64,000 nucleotides of DNA from Bacillota bacterium (GTDB lineage Bacteria > Bacillota > Clostridia > Acetivibrionales > DSM-1351): positions 177 through 64,176 of the forward strand of contig JAEWAX010000149.1 in assembly GCA_023391425.1 (NCBI GenBank), in the 5' to 3' direction. A program made the position numbers and the translations under genes. The notes below the pieces were generated by a model. That model searched no databases. It worked only from the letters and a program-made list of their open reading frames with translations, and was not told where the DNA came from. Positions 1 through 11,095 of the stretch are shown here, piece by piece. Each line of letters starts with the position of its first letter. Position 1 is the stretch's first letter.

Positions 1-13
1 ATAAATGAACTTA

Positions 14-2212
14 TTATCGCAAATATTTAAGTGATTTCTGAAGTGAATATGCAGCTTCAGCAAAAGTTATGTTATCCGCAGCATTGAATTTATCACCTGT
101 TTTTACAGGCAAAATATCTAATGCTTTACATATTGAGATGTATGTATTACTTTCAGATTTTGTAAAGAGCTCGTCATGCTTAACAATTTCTTTATATCCA
201 AGCATATCAAGTAACATGACAATGTACTCTCCCTTTGTTATTTTAGCAGTTCCATTGAAGCTTTTGCCTGTTGCATTAATAATTCCATTTTGAACTGCAC
301 ATTCAATATACTTATAGTATTCATTGTCCTTATTGATATCTGAAAAACTATTTGTGTTCTGAGACTCAGCATTAAAGAATTGTGTACCCATTATCTGTGA
401 AAGCATTTTTACAGCATCTTGTTTCGATAGTTTTTCGTCGTAATTTGATATGGATTTAATTGATACCCCTTGTGCTTCGAGCATCTCAATGTTATTTGCA
501 GCCCAGTGCTTCTCATCAACAAATGGAACTTGCATTGGTTTGCCAGCGTAATCTATTAATTTCCCCGTATTTGCATCAATATATTGGTACAAAGTATTAG
601 TTTTTGGTTTATATACTATTACAGACTCTCCAGCTGTATTCATATTCCCATTAGTAACAAAATATGGAGTGTAGTATTCAAGGCCAAATTCTGCATTCTT
701 TAAATATGTTTCCTTTGCAGCTTTTGCATCTACTACCTTATCTGCTTTTGGAAAATCTAAATCATTCCAATAAATATTTACCTGACTTAGCTTTCCTGTC
801 TCCTTATTAATACTTAAATTTATTGAATTACTCGTAGGAACTCCATTTTCATATCTAGTATAATTGAAGTTATGGTCTTGTTGTTGCTTTATAAATTCTT
901 TAGAAGAATCCGGTTCTTTATTATTATCACTATAAACACCATACTGCTTTACGAATAAGTTCTTAATAATCTCATCACTTGTCTTTTTAGCGTCTTTGTA
1001 GTTTACCTTTTCAGTTACTACTTTTTGTTTTTCATTATTTCCATTCATATAATATTGATGGAAGGACAAGTTTGTAATGTTTCCAGTATTTAGATTTAAA
1101 GATATTGATAAGTAATAGTTTTGATTACCATCCATGATTCGGTAAAATCTACTAATTTCATTATTGGTAGTATCCATTCTAACTGATGTGTTTTGACTAT
1201 CTCCAAATTTTAAACCAACTAAATTTTCAATATATGCTTTCGCATTTTTAATAATTTCTAAAGCATTCTCTTCAGTTATTGCTTTATTTTCAACTTTTGC
1301 ACCAGGAATTATTGGAGCATATTTAGCCGTCTGTGATAATCCATATCCATAATAGTCATTAGAATCCTCTGTTTCCATAGTTTTTGCATTCAACATTCCT
1401 GCAGTTGTAGGTACGTAGACAAGAATTATTTTTTCTTTGTTATTATCATAAGTTGTTACATATTGCAGTTGCATATTTAACAAGCTAATATACTTGATTT
1501 TGAGCTGAGCAAGGTCTTTTACACCATCAGCTGATGGATACTTAGTTTCCTTTATATAATCGTATGGTGAATAAAAACTTGTGACTTTACCATTAGCTGC
1601 ATTAACAGAAACATTATAACCGGCATTGCTTGTAATTATGCCATTAACCTTCAATGCATATGTAAAGTCATACTGAGGAATTTCATATACTCCTGCTGTT
1701 TTTTCATATAAATTATTCTGATTAGGTACAAATTCTAAGCTTTTGGAATCTGTTTTAATATAATCACTTATAAACTTATCTGCAATTTCCTTTGCCTTTT
1801 TCTTATTAATAGTAACAATATTCTTTTTGGAATATTGCTGTTGATAAGAATAGTAGTTTAATAACTCTCCTGTATTTGCAGATATGCTAACTGAACAATT
1901 TGAGGTATACTGCGCAGTATTTAGTTCCATTCTCCATATAGGTTGATTAAGTCCAGAATTGTTATCTAGACTGATACTGGACATATCATATCCTTTTGTT
2001 AAGTCTAATGCCTTAATTATTTTAACAGCCTCATCCTTACTAATTTTTGTTTTAATTTCTTCTTGCTGATTTGATTGTGCAGCAACTGTTGTTGATGCTG
2101 CTGCTGAGCTTGACGAACTTGTCGAACTTGTTTCAGCCATTGCGGCTTGTGATAATAGTAAGCTAAAAGATATTGATAAAACTATAAGTGCCTTCATTTT
2201 CTTTCTTGCCAT
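14..2212 (-). CDS. Secreted cell-wall-anchored protein with PepSY-like repeats and three C-terminal SLH domains
   Basis: 732-aa ORF. Signal-like N-terminus MARKKMKALIVLSISFSLLLSQAAMA. AGGAGGG lies 4 nt before the ATG. Repeated PepSY-like ends (ISANTGELLNYY, NAANGKVTSFY, NLNTGNITNLSF, NKETGKLSQVNIY). C-terminal SLH-like motifs (FVDEKHWAANNIEMLEAQGV, FSDINKDNEYYKYIECAVQNGII, ITFAEAAYSLQKSL). Confidence 0.6.
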   Translation of the reverse strand: MARKKMKALIVLSISFSLLLSQAAMAETSSTSSSSSAAASTTVAAQSNQQEEIKTKISKDEAVKIIKALDLTKGYDMSSISLDNNSGLNQPIWRMELNTAQYTSNCSVSISANTGELLNYYSYQQQYSKKNIVTINKKKAKEIADKFISDYIKTDSKSLEFVPNQNNLYEKTAGVYEIPQYDFTYALKVNGIITSNAGYNVSVNAANGKVTSFYSPYDYIKETKYPSADGVKDLAQLKIKYISLLNMQLQYVTTYDNNKEKIILVYVPTTAGMLNAKTMETEDSNDYYGYGLSQTAKYAPIIPGAKVENKAITEENALEIIKNAKAYIENLVGLKFGDSQNTSVRMDTTNNEISRFYRIMDGNQNYYLSISLNLNTGNITNLSFHQYYMNGNNEKQKVVTEKVNYKDAKKTSDEIIKNLFVKQYGVYSDNNKEPDSSKEFIKQQQDHNFNYTRYENGVPTSNSINLSINKETGKLSQVNIYWNDLDFPKADKVVDAKAAKETYLKNAEFGLEYYTPYFVTNGNMNTAGESVIVYKPKTNTLYQYIDANTGKLIDYAGKPMQVPFVDEKHWAANNIEMLEAQGVSIKSISNYDEKLSKQDAVKMLSQIMGTQFFNAESQNTNSFSDINKDNEYYKYIECAVQNGIINATGKSFNGTAKITKGEYIVMLLDMLGYKEIVKHDELFTKSESNTYISICKALDILPVKTGDKFNAADNITFAEAAYSLQKSLKYLR

Positions 2213-2515
2213 AACGCCCTCCTAGGTTGTATTATTTTTGTTATATTATACCACTATTGATTTGTATGTATTATTAAAAATTTAAAATAAAATAAATTTT
2301 TAACTCATTTGTAATATTTTATACAGATTTACATAAATACTAATTAAACACCATCTAGATGATGACTACCCGTATTGTATCATAATACAAATTCTGCTAA
2401 ACTATAGCTATTAAATCAATCGCTAAAAGTATTGAGGTAATAGCTTTACCCTCGTAAAATAATGAGAATTTATAGTAAAATAGCTATACGAAATTTAAAA
2501 TTTGGAGGTAAAAAA

Positions 2516-3961
2516 GTGAATAACATAAACGTTTTGTTTGCTTCTTCTGAAGTATTCCCTTTTGCTAAAACTGGTGGGCTTGGGGATGTTGCCGGTTCTC
2601 TGCCAAAAGCAATTTCCAAGCTAGGTACAGATATCCGGGTGGTAATGCCGAACTATGGAAGTATACCTCAGCAGTACAAAAACTCAATGGAATTTTTAGG
2701 TTTTATATATGTTGATCTTTCATGGAGACACCAATACTGTGGTGTTTTAAAATTAGTTTATGATGAAGTCACCTACTACTTCCTGGATAATGAGTATTAT
2801 TTCAATAGAGCGGAGTTATATGGTGATTTTGATCAAGCCGAGCAGTTTACATTTTTCAGCAAAGCAATTATTCAGATGTTACAACTTATTGGTTTTAAGC
2901 CAGATATAATTCACTGTAATGACTGGCAAACAGGTGTTGTCAGCCTACTATTAAAGGCAAACTATGGTCACATACCGTTTTACAGTAAAATAAAAACAGT
3001 ATTCACAATACACAATTTGAAATACCAAGGCATATTCCCTAAACAAGTACTTACCGATTTGCTTGGGGTAGATTGGCAATACTTTACTCCTAATGGAATT
3101 GAGTTTCATGATAATGTAAACTATATGAAAGCCGGCTTGGTTTACTCTGACTCAATAAGTACTGTTAGTCCAAGCTATGCTCAGGAAATAAAAACAGATT
3201 TTTATGGAGAGAATTTAAATGATATATTGATACACCGTTCAAATGATTTATATGGCATTTTGAATGGAATAGACTATGAAAAAAATAATCCTGAAAACGA
3301 TAAGAGACTTTATTCTACTTACTCAGCAGATAATATATCAAAGAGATATGAGAATAGACACCAGCTTCAACAAGAACTTGGCTTACCTGCCAGACCTGAT
3401 GTGCCAATAATCGGTATAATATCAAGGCTAACCGCTCAAAAGGGCTTTGACCTAATAGAGTATGTGCTTGAAGAACTATTGCAGATGGATATTCAATTAG
3501 TTTTGCTAGGCAAAGGCGATGACCACTATAAATATGTTTTTGAAAACGCTGCCTACTGGCATAAGGATAAGGTATCTGCGAACATAACCTTTAGCGACAC
3601 CTTGGCTCAAAGGATTTATGCAGGGTGTGATATGTTTTTAATGCCATCGTTATTTGAGCCTTGTGGACTCGGTCAGATATTTAGCTTTAGATATGGGTGT
3701 GTTCCTATAGTGCGTGAAACAGGCGGCCTAAATGATACAGTATTATCCTACAATGAGTTTACTGGTGAGGGAAATGGCTTTACTTTTGCAAATTACAATG
3801 CACATGACATGCTAAATACCATTAAGCGAGCCGTTTATTTCTATTATAATAAAAAGGATGTTTGGAATTTACTTGTTCAAAGAGGTATGAAAGCTGACTT
3901 CAGTTGGGATAAATCTGCGCATGCATATTTAGATATGTACCAAAAGACATTGAATAAGTAG
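2516..3961 (+). CDS. glgA: Glycogen (starch) synthase
   Basis: Canonical N-terminus VLFASSEVFPFAKTGGLGDVAGSLPKA, plus the HCNDWQTG and PSLFEPCGLGQ motifs. I prefer the GTG at 2516 with GGAGGT 6 nt upstream over the ORF-track ATG at 2462. Confidence 0.9.
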   Translation: MNNINVLFASSEVFPFAKTGGLGDVAGSLPKAISKLGTDIRVVMPNYGSIPQQYKNSMEFLGFIYVDLSWRHQYCGVLKLVYDEVTYYFLDNEYYFNRAELYGDFDQAEQFTFFSKAIIQMLQLIGFKPDIIHCNDWQTGVVSLLLKANYGHIPFYSKIKTVFTIHNLKYQGIFPKQVLTDLLGVDWQYFTPNGIEFHDNVNYMKAGLVYSDSISTVSPSYAQEIKTDFYGENLNDILIHRSNDLYGILNGIDYEKNNPENDKRLYSTYSADNISKRYENRHQLQQELGLPARPDVPIIGIISRLTAQKGFDLIEYVLEELLQMDIQLVLLGKGDDHYKYVFENAAYWHKDKVSANITFSDTLAQRIYAGCDMFLMPSLFEPCGLGQIFSFRYGCVPIVRETGGLNDTVLSYNEFTGEGNGFTFANYNAHDMLNTIKRAVYFYYNKKDVWNLLVQRGMKADFSWDKSAHAYLDMYQKTLNK

Positions 3962-4034
3962 TATTAATTTTAATAAAAAAGTGATTATATTAACTGTAAA
4001 CTAATATTTTACTTTGGTTTAAAATTAAAAAATT

Positions 4035-4076
4035 GGAGCACCACAATTCACAGTTTGATGTGGAATGTGGTGCTCT
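4035..4076. terminator. Bidirectional intrinsic terminator between glgA and the minus-strand 4Fe-4S gene
   Basis: Stem GGAGCACCACAATTCACA / TGTGGAATGTGGTGCTCT (about 18 bp with 2 mismatches, 6-nt loop). The T-tract is better on the minus strand (CCAATTTTTTAATTTT). The plus side has AAATTTATTT. Confidence 0.65.
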
Positions 4077-4087
4077 AAATTTATTTA

Positions 4088-4150
4088 TAATACTTTAGTG
4101 CTTTCTGCAGTGAATACGCTGCTTCAGCAAAAGTTTTGTATTGTTATCTT
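4088..4150 (-). pseudogene. Relic 3' end of an SLH-domain gene paralogous to the 14..2212 gene
   Basis: The minus strand reads ...TFAEAAYSLQKALKYYK*, compared with ...ITFAEAAYSLQKSLKYLR* at the end of the 14..2212 gene. Nucleotide similarity is visible (gcttcagcaaaagtt is shared). An in-frame stop and an indel lie upstream. The fragment abuts the stop codon of the 4153..4842 gene. Confidence 0.6.
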
Positions 4151-4152
4151 AC

Positions 4153-4842
4153 TCAGTCTTTTCTTTTAGAAAATGGACATACCTTAATGCAAATGCCACA
4201 CACCGATCCTCTACCAATATGCTTAAACTTTTGATTCATATACTCCGAGCATGCCTTTGCATCAACTATGCATTCACGTTGCATCCCGATTTTCCATTCA
4301 TTACCTGTCAAAGCAAAGGCCGGGCATGCTGAGACACATCTATTACAGGATGCACATTTGCTTTCTAGCACATTGTTTTCATTTGGTAGCTCGAGATCGG
4401 TAAGTACAGTTCCTAACCTTACTCTAGGCCCAAAATCCTTATGAATAAAAAGTCCATTTCTCCCAATCCACCCCATTCCAGCGAGGACAGCTCCTGTTTT
4501 GTGTGGAAACACTCCACTATAGGGAACCGATGAGGTTGGAATGCTTTGGGATGCTGCTATTGAATAGGCATTATATCCATTTTGTGTTATGGCAAGCACT
4601 AATCTCAATGATATTTGATCTATTAAGGTATTCACTGAGCGATAATGATTAAAATAAGTAAAAGTCGGCTTATCCTCTATTTCGTTAATTATAGCATCAG
4701 ACAACCTTACTCCAAAAGTTATTGCATACGGATACTTTTGTAATGTCTCTGGCAGAGAATTCTGTACATTTGAGTATCCGATAAATGATGCTCCAAGCCC
4801 TAAAGCCAGTGTTTCAAGTTCGTTATGAAATTTGTTGTCCAC
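4153..4842 (-). CDS. 4Fe-4S dicluster protein (short epoxyqueuosine-reductase/reductive-dehalogenase-like)
   Basis: 229 aa with two ferredoxin-type motifs, CASCNRCVSACP and CGICIKVCPF. The overall layout resembles short QueG-like proteins. Confidence 0.55.
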   Translation of the reverse strand: MDNKFHNELETLALGLGASFIGYSNVQNSLPETLQKYPYAITFGVRLSDAIINEIEDKPTFTYFNHYRSVNTLIDQISLRLVLAITQNGYNAYSIAASQSIPTSSVPYSGVFPHKTGAVLAGMGWIGRNGLFIHKDFGPRVRLGTVLTDLELPNENNVLESKCASCNRCVSACPAFALTGNEWKIGMQRECIVDAKACSEYMNQKFKHIGRGSVCGICIKVCPFSKRKD

Positions 4843-4976
4843 TTACTAAACCTCCATTAGTGACTGCCATATAGGTAATATAGAAAAATTTATTTTACTA
4901 TGATATAATTAATTTATTATAACATAGTAATAATAGTTTTAGTATTTGAAATTAATTAACATGTTTTGGAGGTTTT

Positions 4977-5519
4977 ATGAATTCAATAGAAAGTAGCAGA
5001 GAACTTGCCGAAAACAAGCTAATATTATTGTATATCATTAATAATTTGGAAGCTCCTGTTTCGAATTTACTTCTAACAAAAATAATACTTGAAAATAAAC
5101 TCATGAATTATATTTTTCTACAGCAGTATCTTGATGAACTATGCGATGGTAAATTTCTAGAAAAAATTAATTCTGATGATAAGCTTTCATATAGAATATC
5201 TCCAGCTGGTAAACAGAGCTTGGATTATTTCATTTCGCTAATCGCTGCTGGTACAAAATCAAGGATTGATGAAGCTCTATCTAATAACAAAAAACGAATA
5301 AAATATGAAAATAGTATAGTTGCAGATTTCGTGGCAGTAAATGAGAACGAATACATTACTACTCTCAAAATAAGTGAAGGCAGCTTTACCTATATTGATA
5401 TGAAGTTAACTGTAGGTAGTAGAAATGACGCTCGAAAAATTTGCAATAACTGGGCACAAAATTCAGAAAAAATATATAAAAAAATACTATCTGATATTAT
5501 AGAAACAGAGGATGTATAG
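4977..5519 (+). CDS. DUF4364-like putative winged-helix regulator
   Basis: 180 aa. The N-terminal pattern ENKLILLYIINNLEAPVSNLLLTKIILENKLMNYIFLQQYLDEL matches my memory of DUF4364 proteins of Clostridia. GGAGG precedes the ATG. Confidence 0.45.
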   Translation: MNSIESSRELAENKLILLYIINNLEAPVSNLLLTKIILENKLMNYIFLQQYLDELCDGKFLEKINSDDKLSYRISPAGKQSLDYFISLIAAGTKSRIDEALSNNKKRIKYENSIVADFVAVNENEYITTLKISEGSFTYIDMKLTVGSRNDARKICNNWAQNSEKIYKKILSDIIETEDV

Positions 5520-5571
5520 AAGGCTTATTCAATATGATTGTTTGCTTGCAATAGTAAATTAACCTACTTAG

Positions 5572-5841
5572 CTAATAGTTGATTAGGTCCTGTTTAAGTT
5601 TACGTGCAAAGCATTCTCTCATTAAAAGATCAAGTTGGTGCCGGACAAAGTCCACTCTTAAGCTTGCTATTTTTTTCTTGCCATAATCATCTTTAACATC
5701 ATTCAGATATATTTCACTTAACCTCAAAAACTTATATGTGCTCTGAACTTTTTCAATTAAAATTTGGTCACTTATTTTTTTTAGATCAGTATCTTTTATA
5801 TATTCATAATTACTATTTTCGATATTAAATCTTTCTTTCAT
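5572..5841 (-). CDS. Hypothetical small protein
   Basis: 89-aa ORF with GGAGGAAAC before the ATG. No recognisable motif. Confidence 0.4.
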   Translation of the reverse strand: MKERFNIENSNYEYIKDTDLKKISDQILIEKVQSTYKFLRLSEIYLNDVKDDYGKKKIASLRVDFVRHQLDLLMRECFARKLKQDLINY

Positions 5842-5917
5842 GTTTCCTCCTACTTTAACTAAATATATGAAATACTTCTATTATATTCCTATGAGCTGTA
5901 TTTAATACTTTACAGTA

Positions 5918-5945
5918 TAAAAAAAAGAGCTACCTAGGTAGCTCT
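5918..5945 (-). terminator. Intrinsic terminator overlapping the end of yhbY
   Basis: On the minus strand, the perfect palindrome AGAGCTACCTAGGTAGCTCT is followed by TTTTTTTT. It overlaps the last yhbY codons and the stop. Confidence 0.75.
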
Positions 5946-6223
5946 ATAACAGCATTCTTTTCAGATTCTTTATATAAAACAAATTTACTTCCAATTACTT
6001 GGACTATTTGTGATTGCGTTAACTCAGCGATTTCCTCACACACAATCTTAGTATCACACTCTGCGTTTTTAAGTACTGTTGCCTTTATCAGCTCTCTAGC
6101 CTCTAGTGCTTCTGAAAATTGTTTTACCATGTTGTCATTTACTCCACCCTTACCCACTTGAAAAATGGGCTGAAGATTATTTGCCAATGATCTCAAATAA
6201 CTTCTCTGCTTTCCTGTAAGCAT
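5930..6223 (-). CDS. yhbY: Ribosome assembly RNA-binding protein YhbY (CRM domain)
   Basis: 97 aa. MLTGKQRSYLRSLANNLQPIFQVGKGGVNDNMV is a typical YhbY start. The gene sits downstream of obg, as in many Firmicutes. Confidence 0.85.
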   Translation of the reverse strand: MLTGKQRSYLRSLANNLQPIFQVGKGGVNDNMVKQFSEALEARELIKATVLKNAECDTKIVCEEIAELTQSQIVQVIGSKFVLYKESEKNAVIELPR

Positions 6224-6251
6224 ATTTACCTCCTATCCATAACTATCGCGT

Positions 6252-7562
<1,311 letters not shown>

Positions 7563-7675
7563 TTAACTTTATTTTTTATTATAACATTTTATTTAAATAA
7601 TTATCCAATGGATTCTATAAGACTTAGCTCAGTATGAAGTTTTACCTTCAATGATATTAATTAAAAAAAGAACAT

Positions 7676-7711
7676 CAAAAAGGTAGAAAATGAATATCAC
7701 ATTTTCTACCT
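7676..7711 (-). terminator. Intrinsic terminator after rpmA
   Basis: On the minus strand, AGGTAGAAAATG-tgatatt-CATTTTCTACCT is followed by TTTTTGATG. Confidence 0.75.
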
Positions 7712-7801
7712 TTAATCACTTTGCAAGTATAAGTGCAACTAGGGCTTCTGCCGACGCCAAAGGCTTGGCACAAGCCAAGTTTTCTTTATAATGCGATAAT
7801 A

Positions 7802-8083
7802 TTAATTAGCAGTAACAATCTTAACCTGCTTTTTATCTCTGCCAAGTCTTGCGAACTTAACCTTTCCATCCTTTAGTGCAAACAAGGTATCATCTTTACC
7901 AATACCAACGTTTTCACCAGGATGAACCTTTGTTCCTCTTTGACGAACAAGAATGTTTCCAGCTAGTACAAACTGGCCATCAGCTCTCTTTACGCCAAGT
8001 CTTTGAGCCGCACTATCACGACCATTTCTAGAACTACCAACACCCTTTTTATGAGCAAAAAGTTGTAAATTAACCTTTATCAC
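7802..8083 (-). CDS. rpmA: 50S ribosomal protein L27 (with Prp-cleaved N-terminal extension)
   Basis: [24 protein letters not shown] is the Firmicute L27 pro-sequence plus the conserved core. GTG at 8083 is preceded by GAGGAGGTG. It lies 4 nt after the prp stop. Confidence 0.93.
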   Translation of the reverse strand: MIKVNLQLFAHKKGVGSSRNGRDSAAQRLGVKRADGQFVLAGNILVRQRGTKVHPGENVGIGKDDTLFALKDGKVKFARLGRDKKQVKIVTAN

Positions 8084-8087
8084 GAGA

Positions 8088-8426
8088 CTACACCTCCTCA
8101 TCCATTACCTTCACATAGTTGGGATAAGCAAACTCTATCTGTTTGAATCCTATTTCTGCAGTAGCCATAATAACATTGGCATCATGTCTTAATTGGGGTG
8201 ACAAATCCATATCAAGCTTACATGATACAAATCCATCCTTATCCCTCCGCTTATAAAAGTGATTCAAGCCAATAATGTCTTCTATAGCACCTAAAGCTGT
8301 AAGCGCAATTGCAGAAATCGCTGAACATACTATATCACTGCCTGATTCGGCATAACCTGCATGTCCTTTTATAACAAACTGTTTAATATTTCCTGCTAAA
8401 TCCTTACCTATATTAACTTTAATCAT
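8088..8426 (-). CDS. prp: Ribosomal-processing cysteine protease Prp
   Basis: 112 aa with the [19 protein letters not shown] catalytic His/Cys region. It is located between rplU and rpmA. Confidence 0.9.
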   Translation of the reverse strand: MIKVNIGKDLAGNIKQFVIKGHAGYAESGSDIVCSAISAIALTALGAIEDIIGLNHFYKRRDKDGFVSCKLDMDLSPQLRHDANVIMATAEIGFKQIEFAYPNYVKVMDEEV

Positions 8427-8438
8427 TAATTGTAATCC

Positions 8439-8750
8439 TTAAGCATTAATCTTTTCAATCTGAACCTTTGTATAAGGTTGTCTGTGTCCTTGCTTCTTCT
8501 TTACATTTTTCTTTGCCTTGTAGTGGAAAACAACAATCTTTTCACCCTTACCATGGCTAAGAACTTTTGCATTAACAGAAGCTGATTCTAGTATTGGAGC
8601 TCCGAAGTTAGCTTTTCCATCCTTTGATACAGCGAGAACTTTATCAAAAGTTACAGCTTCTCCTTCTTCTGCGAATAGTTTTTCAACGAAAACAACATCG
8701 CCTTCTTGAACTTTATACTGCTTACCACCAGTCATTATAATTGCGTACAT
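8439..8750 (-). CDS. rplU: 50S ribosomal protein L21
   Basis: [25 protein letters not shown] is a typical L21 start. 103 aa. Confidence 0.93.
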   Translation of the reverse strand: MYAIIMTGGKQYKVQEGDVVFVEKLFAEEGEAVTFDKVLAVSKDGKANFGAPILESASVNAKVLSHGKGEKIVVFHYKAKKNVKKKQGHRQPYTKVQIEKINA

Positions 8751-8862
8751 GATACACCTCCTACTAACAATCTCGCCGACCTAAATAACGTTTTCACATC
8801 ATAGGCAATAATTCTAATGAATTATATTTGATGAGCCTTGGCCGAGCGGCTACCGATATATT
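8751..8862 (-). promoter_or_regulatory. Possible L21 (rplU) leader
   Basis: 112-nt untranslated region between rng and rplU with GC-rich pairing segments (GAGCC..GGCTC, CCTA..TAGG). Firmicutes are known to carry an L21 leader RNA at this position. I could not verify the motif by eye. Confidence 0.3.
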
Positions 8863-10359
8863 TTAGCACAACAAGGAATCAGTGTCAATCTCTTTAATTT
8901 TCAAACCACTTGACTTTAAATCACTAGCACAAGAAACAACTATTTTCATATTTGATTTATTTACAAAGTCTTCTTTTAGCTCTTCAATATTAGCTTCAAC
9001 AATGGCAACCACTGAAGGGTGTACTTCCACATTTAACGTTTTTGCATCAGATGTAAGCATATATTCCCTTATTTTCTTCAACACTTTCATCGCATTTGTA
9101 TCCGCAGTGTATATTTTACCATTTCCTTCGCAATATGGGCAATCACAGGTCATAACTGTTGATAGTTCTTGCCTAATCTTCTTTCTAGTCATCTCAACAA
9201 GTCCTAGCTCAGTCATTCCCAAAACGATTGCTTTTGTTCTATCGTTTTTCAAGCTTTGTCTCAGAGAATCAAGTACCATTTGCTGGTGCTCGCTATCATT
9301 CATATCAATAAAATCGATTACTATTATTCCTCCAATATCTCTTAACCTCAACTGCTTTGCAATCTCTTTAGTAGCCTCAATATTGGTTTTTAAAACAGTA
9401 TCCTCTAAATTATTATCCCCAACAAATTTGCCAGTATTTACATCAATTACGGTAAGTGCTTCCGTTCTATCAATAATAAGATAACCACCGCATTTAAGCC
9501 AAACTTTTCGAGCAAGAGCTCGTTCTATTTTGGTTTCTATCTGATAATAATCGAAAATCTCATATTCTTTTTGAAATAGTTCAACTCTGTTCTTTAAAGC
9601 TGGTGATATCATATCAACTAGCTCTAATACTTTGTAATACTCTTTTTCATCATTTATAATAAATTTATTAATATCCCACGTAAACAAATCCCTTACAGAT
9701 CTATAAACCAAATTTATATCCTTGTGAATACATCTTGGAACAGGCCCACTGCTCTCCATTTGTTTAATTTTGCTCCACAGTCTTGTTAAAAATGACACAT
9801 CCTCAACAAAATCTGCTTCATCCTTTCCCTCAGATACAGTTCTAACAATTAGACCCATACTATCGGGTTTTAGCTTTTCCGCTATTTTTTTCAGCCTTTG
9901 CCTTTCAGCATCATTTTCAATTCTACGTGAAATACCCACGTAGTCTGCATTTGGAAGGAGTACAAGATTTCTTCCTGGTAGAGTTATGTGAGTTGATACT
10001 CTAGGGCCCTTCGTACCAATTGGTTCTTTTATGACTTGAACTGTTAACTCTTGTCCAACCTTTAAAATATCCGCAATGCTATATTCTGAATAATCGTGAT
10101 AAACCTCTACCTCGTCATCAGAATATTCTTTTTGTGCAATTGCATCACCTACATACAAAAAAGCATTTTTCTCATATCCAATATCAATAAATGCAGCCTG
10201 CATACCGGGTAAAACACTACTAACTATACCTCTATAGATATTACCAACTAGCCCTTGATGGCTCGTTCGCTCAATATGAATTTCTGCAAGCTCTTTATCC
10301 TCAAGTATGCCAACCCGTATTTCTCCAGCGCTGACATCCACAATCATTTCATTAATCAT
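8863..10359 (-). CDS. rng: Ribonuclease G/E family (Rne/Rng)
   Basis: 498 aa. S1-like N-terminus (GNIYRGIVSSVLPGMQAAFIDIG), catalytic region LIIDRTEALTVIDVNTGKF, and Zn-link CDCPYCEGNG. Confidence 0.88.
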   Translation of the reverse strand: MINEMIVDVSAGEIRVGILEDKELAEIHIERTSHQGLVGNIYRGIVSSVLPGMQAAFIDIGYEKNAFLYVGDAIAQKEYSDDEVEVYHDYSEYSIADILKVGQELTVQVIKEPIGTKGPRVSTHITLPGRNLVLLPNADYVGISRRIENDAERQRLKKIAEKLKPDSMGLIVRTVSEGKDEADFVEDVSFLTRLWSKIKQMESSGPVPRCIHKDINLVYRSVRDLFTWDINKFIINDEKEYYKVLELVDMISPALKNRVELFQKEYEIFDYYQIETKIERALARKVWLKCGGYLIIDRTEALTVIDVNTGKFVGDNNLEDTVLKTNIEATKEIAKQLRLRDIGGIIVIDFIDMNDSEHQQMVLDSLRQSLKNDRTKAIVLGMTELGLVEMTRKKIRQELSTVMTCDCPYCEGNGKIYTADTNAMKVLKKIREYMLTSDAKTLNVEVHPSVVAIVEANIEELKEDFVNKSNMKIVVSCASDLKSSGLKIKEIDTDSLLC

Positions 10360-10378
10360 CCAATCACCTCAAAAGTAA

Positions 10379-11095
10379 CTATAAAACAAGCCCGTCCATT
10401 GGATCTAAAAGTTGGTCCTGAGCTTTAACAAACAGCTTCGTCCTATGAATTCGATCAATTTCAAAATCAAAATTCAAAAATTCAGAAAGAGAATCTATTA
10501 AAAGTTCTGGTTTCAAGTTCGCCTTGCTTCCAGCACTAACTAACATTGTAAATTTTATAATATTAAAAACACCACATGGCTGTATTTCAAAATTCAAGTC
10601 AAAAATCATATCCCTTATATTTGTATCCTTGATTCCACTTTTGGTTTTCTTTGCAACAACAATCTCTTCCTGGTCAAGGTATCTGTGGATTCCTGATTTT
10701 ACGCTCTTTTCTGAGCAATCTGACTTAGTGCCCACAATAACAACATACTCAGATGCTGCTATTGTAGCCATTATATTTTGTTTGGTCTTTCTAGCTTTTG
10801 CAGATAGTATTTCTAGTCCATTTGGAAGCTGTGAATTCAACCTCTTTACAAATTCATTTATAGAAAGTTCGTCGTCAGTAATCTCAAAATCTCCATATTC
10901 TGCATCACTTGTAACCCCAACACTCAAAGGTAAACCAAAAACCATACTTGGGTGCGGATTAAACCCCTGCGAATATGAAATCGGTAGTCTTGCTCTTCTT
11001 ATTGCACGTTCAAATACCTTCATTAGGTCAAGATGTGATATAAATTTAACTTCATCACTACGCCTAAACTTCGTACGAATGTTAGTCAATGTCAT
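10379..11095 (-). CDS. TIGR03936-family radical SAM-associated protein (DUF2344)
   Basis: FRRSDEVKFISHLDLMKVFERAIRRARLPISYSQGFNPHP is characteristic. I prefer an internal start (ATG 11095, or the TTG just after it) next to GGAGG. It overlaps the end of the upstream radical SAM gene. Confidence 0.8.
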   Translation of the reverse strand: MTLTNIRTKFRRSDEVKFISHLDLMKVFERAIRRARLPISYSQGFNPHPSMVFGLPLSVGVTSDAEYGDFEITDDELSINEFVKRLNSQLPNGLEILSAKARKTKQNIMATIAASEYVVIVGTKSDCSEKSVKSGIHRYLDQEEIVVAKKTKSGIKDTNIRDMIFDLNFEIQPCGVFNIIKFTMLVSAGSKANLKPELLIDSLSEFLNFDFEIDRIHRTKLFVKAQDQLLDPMDGLVL

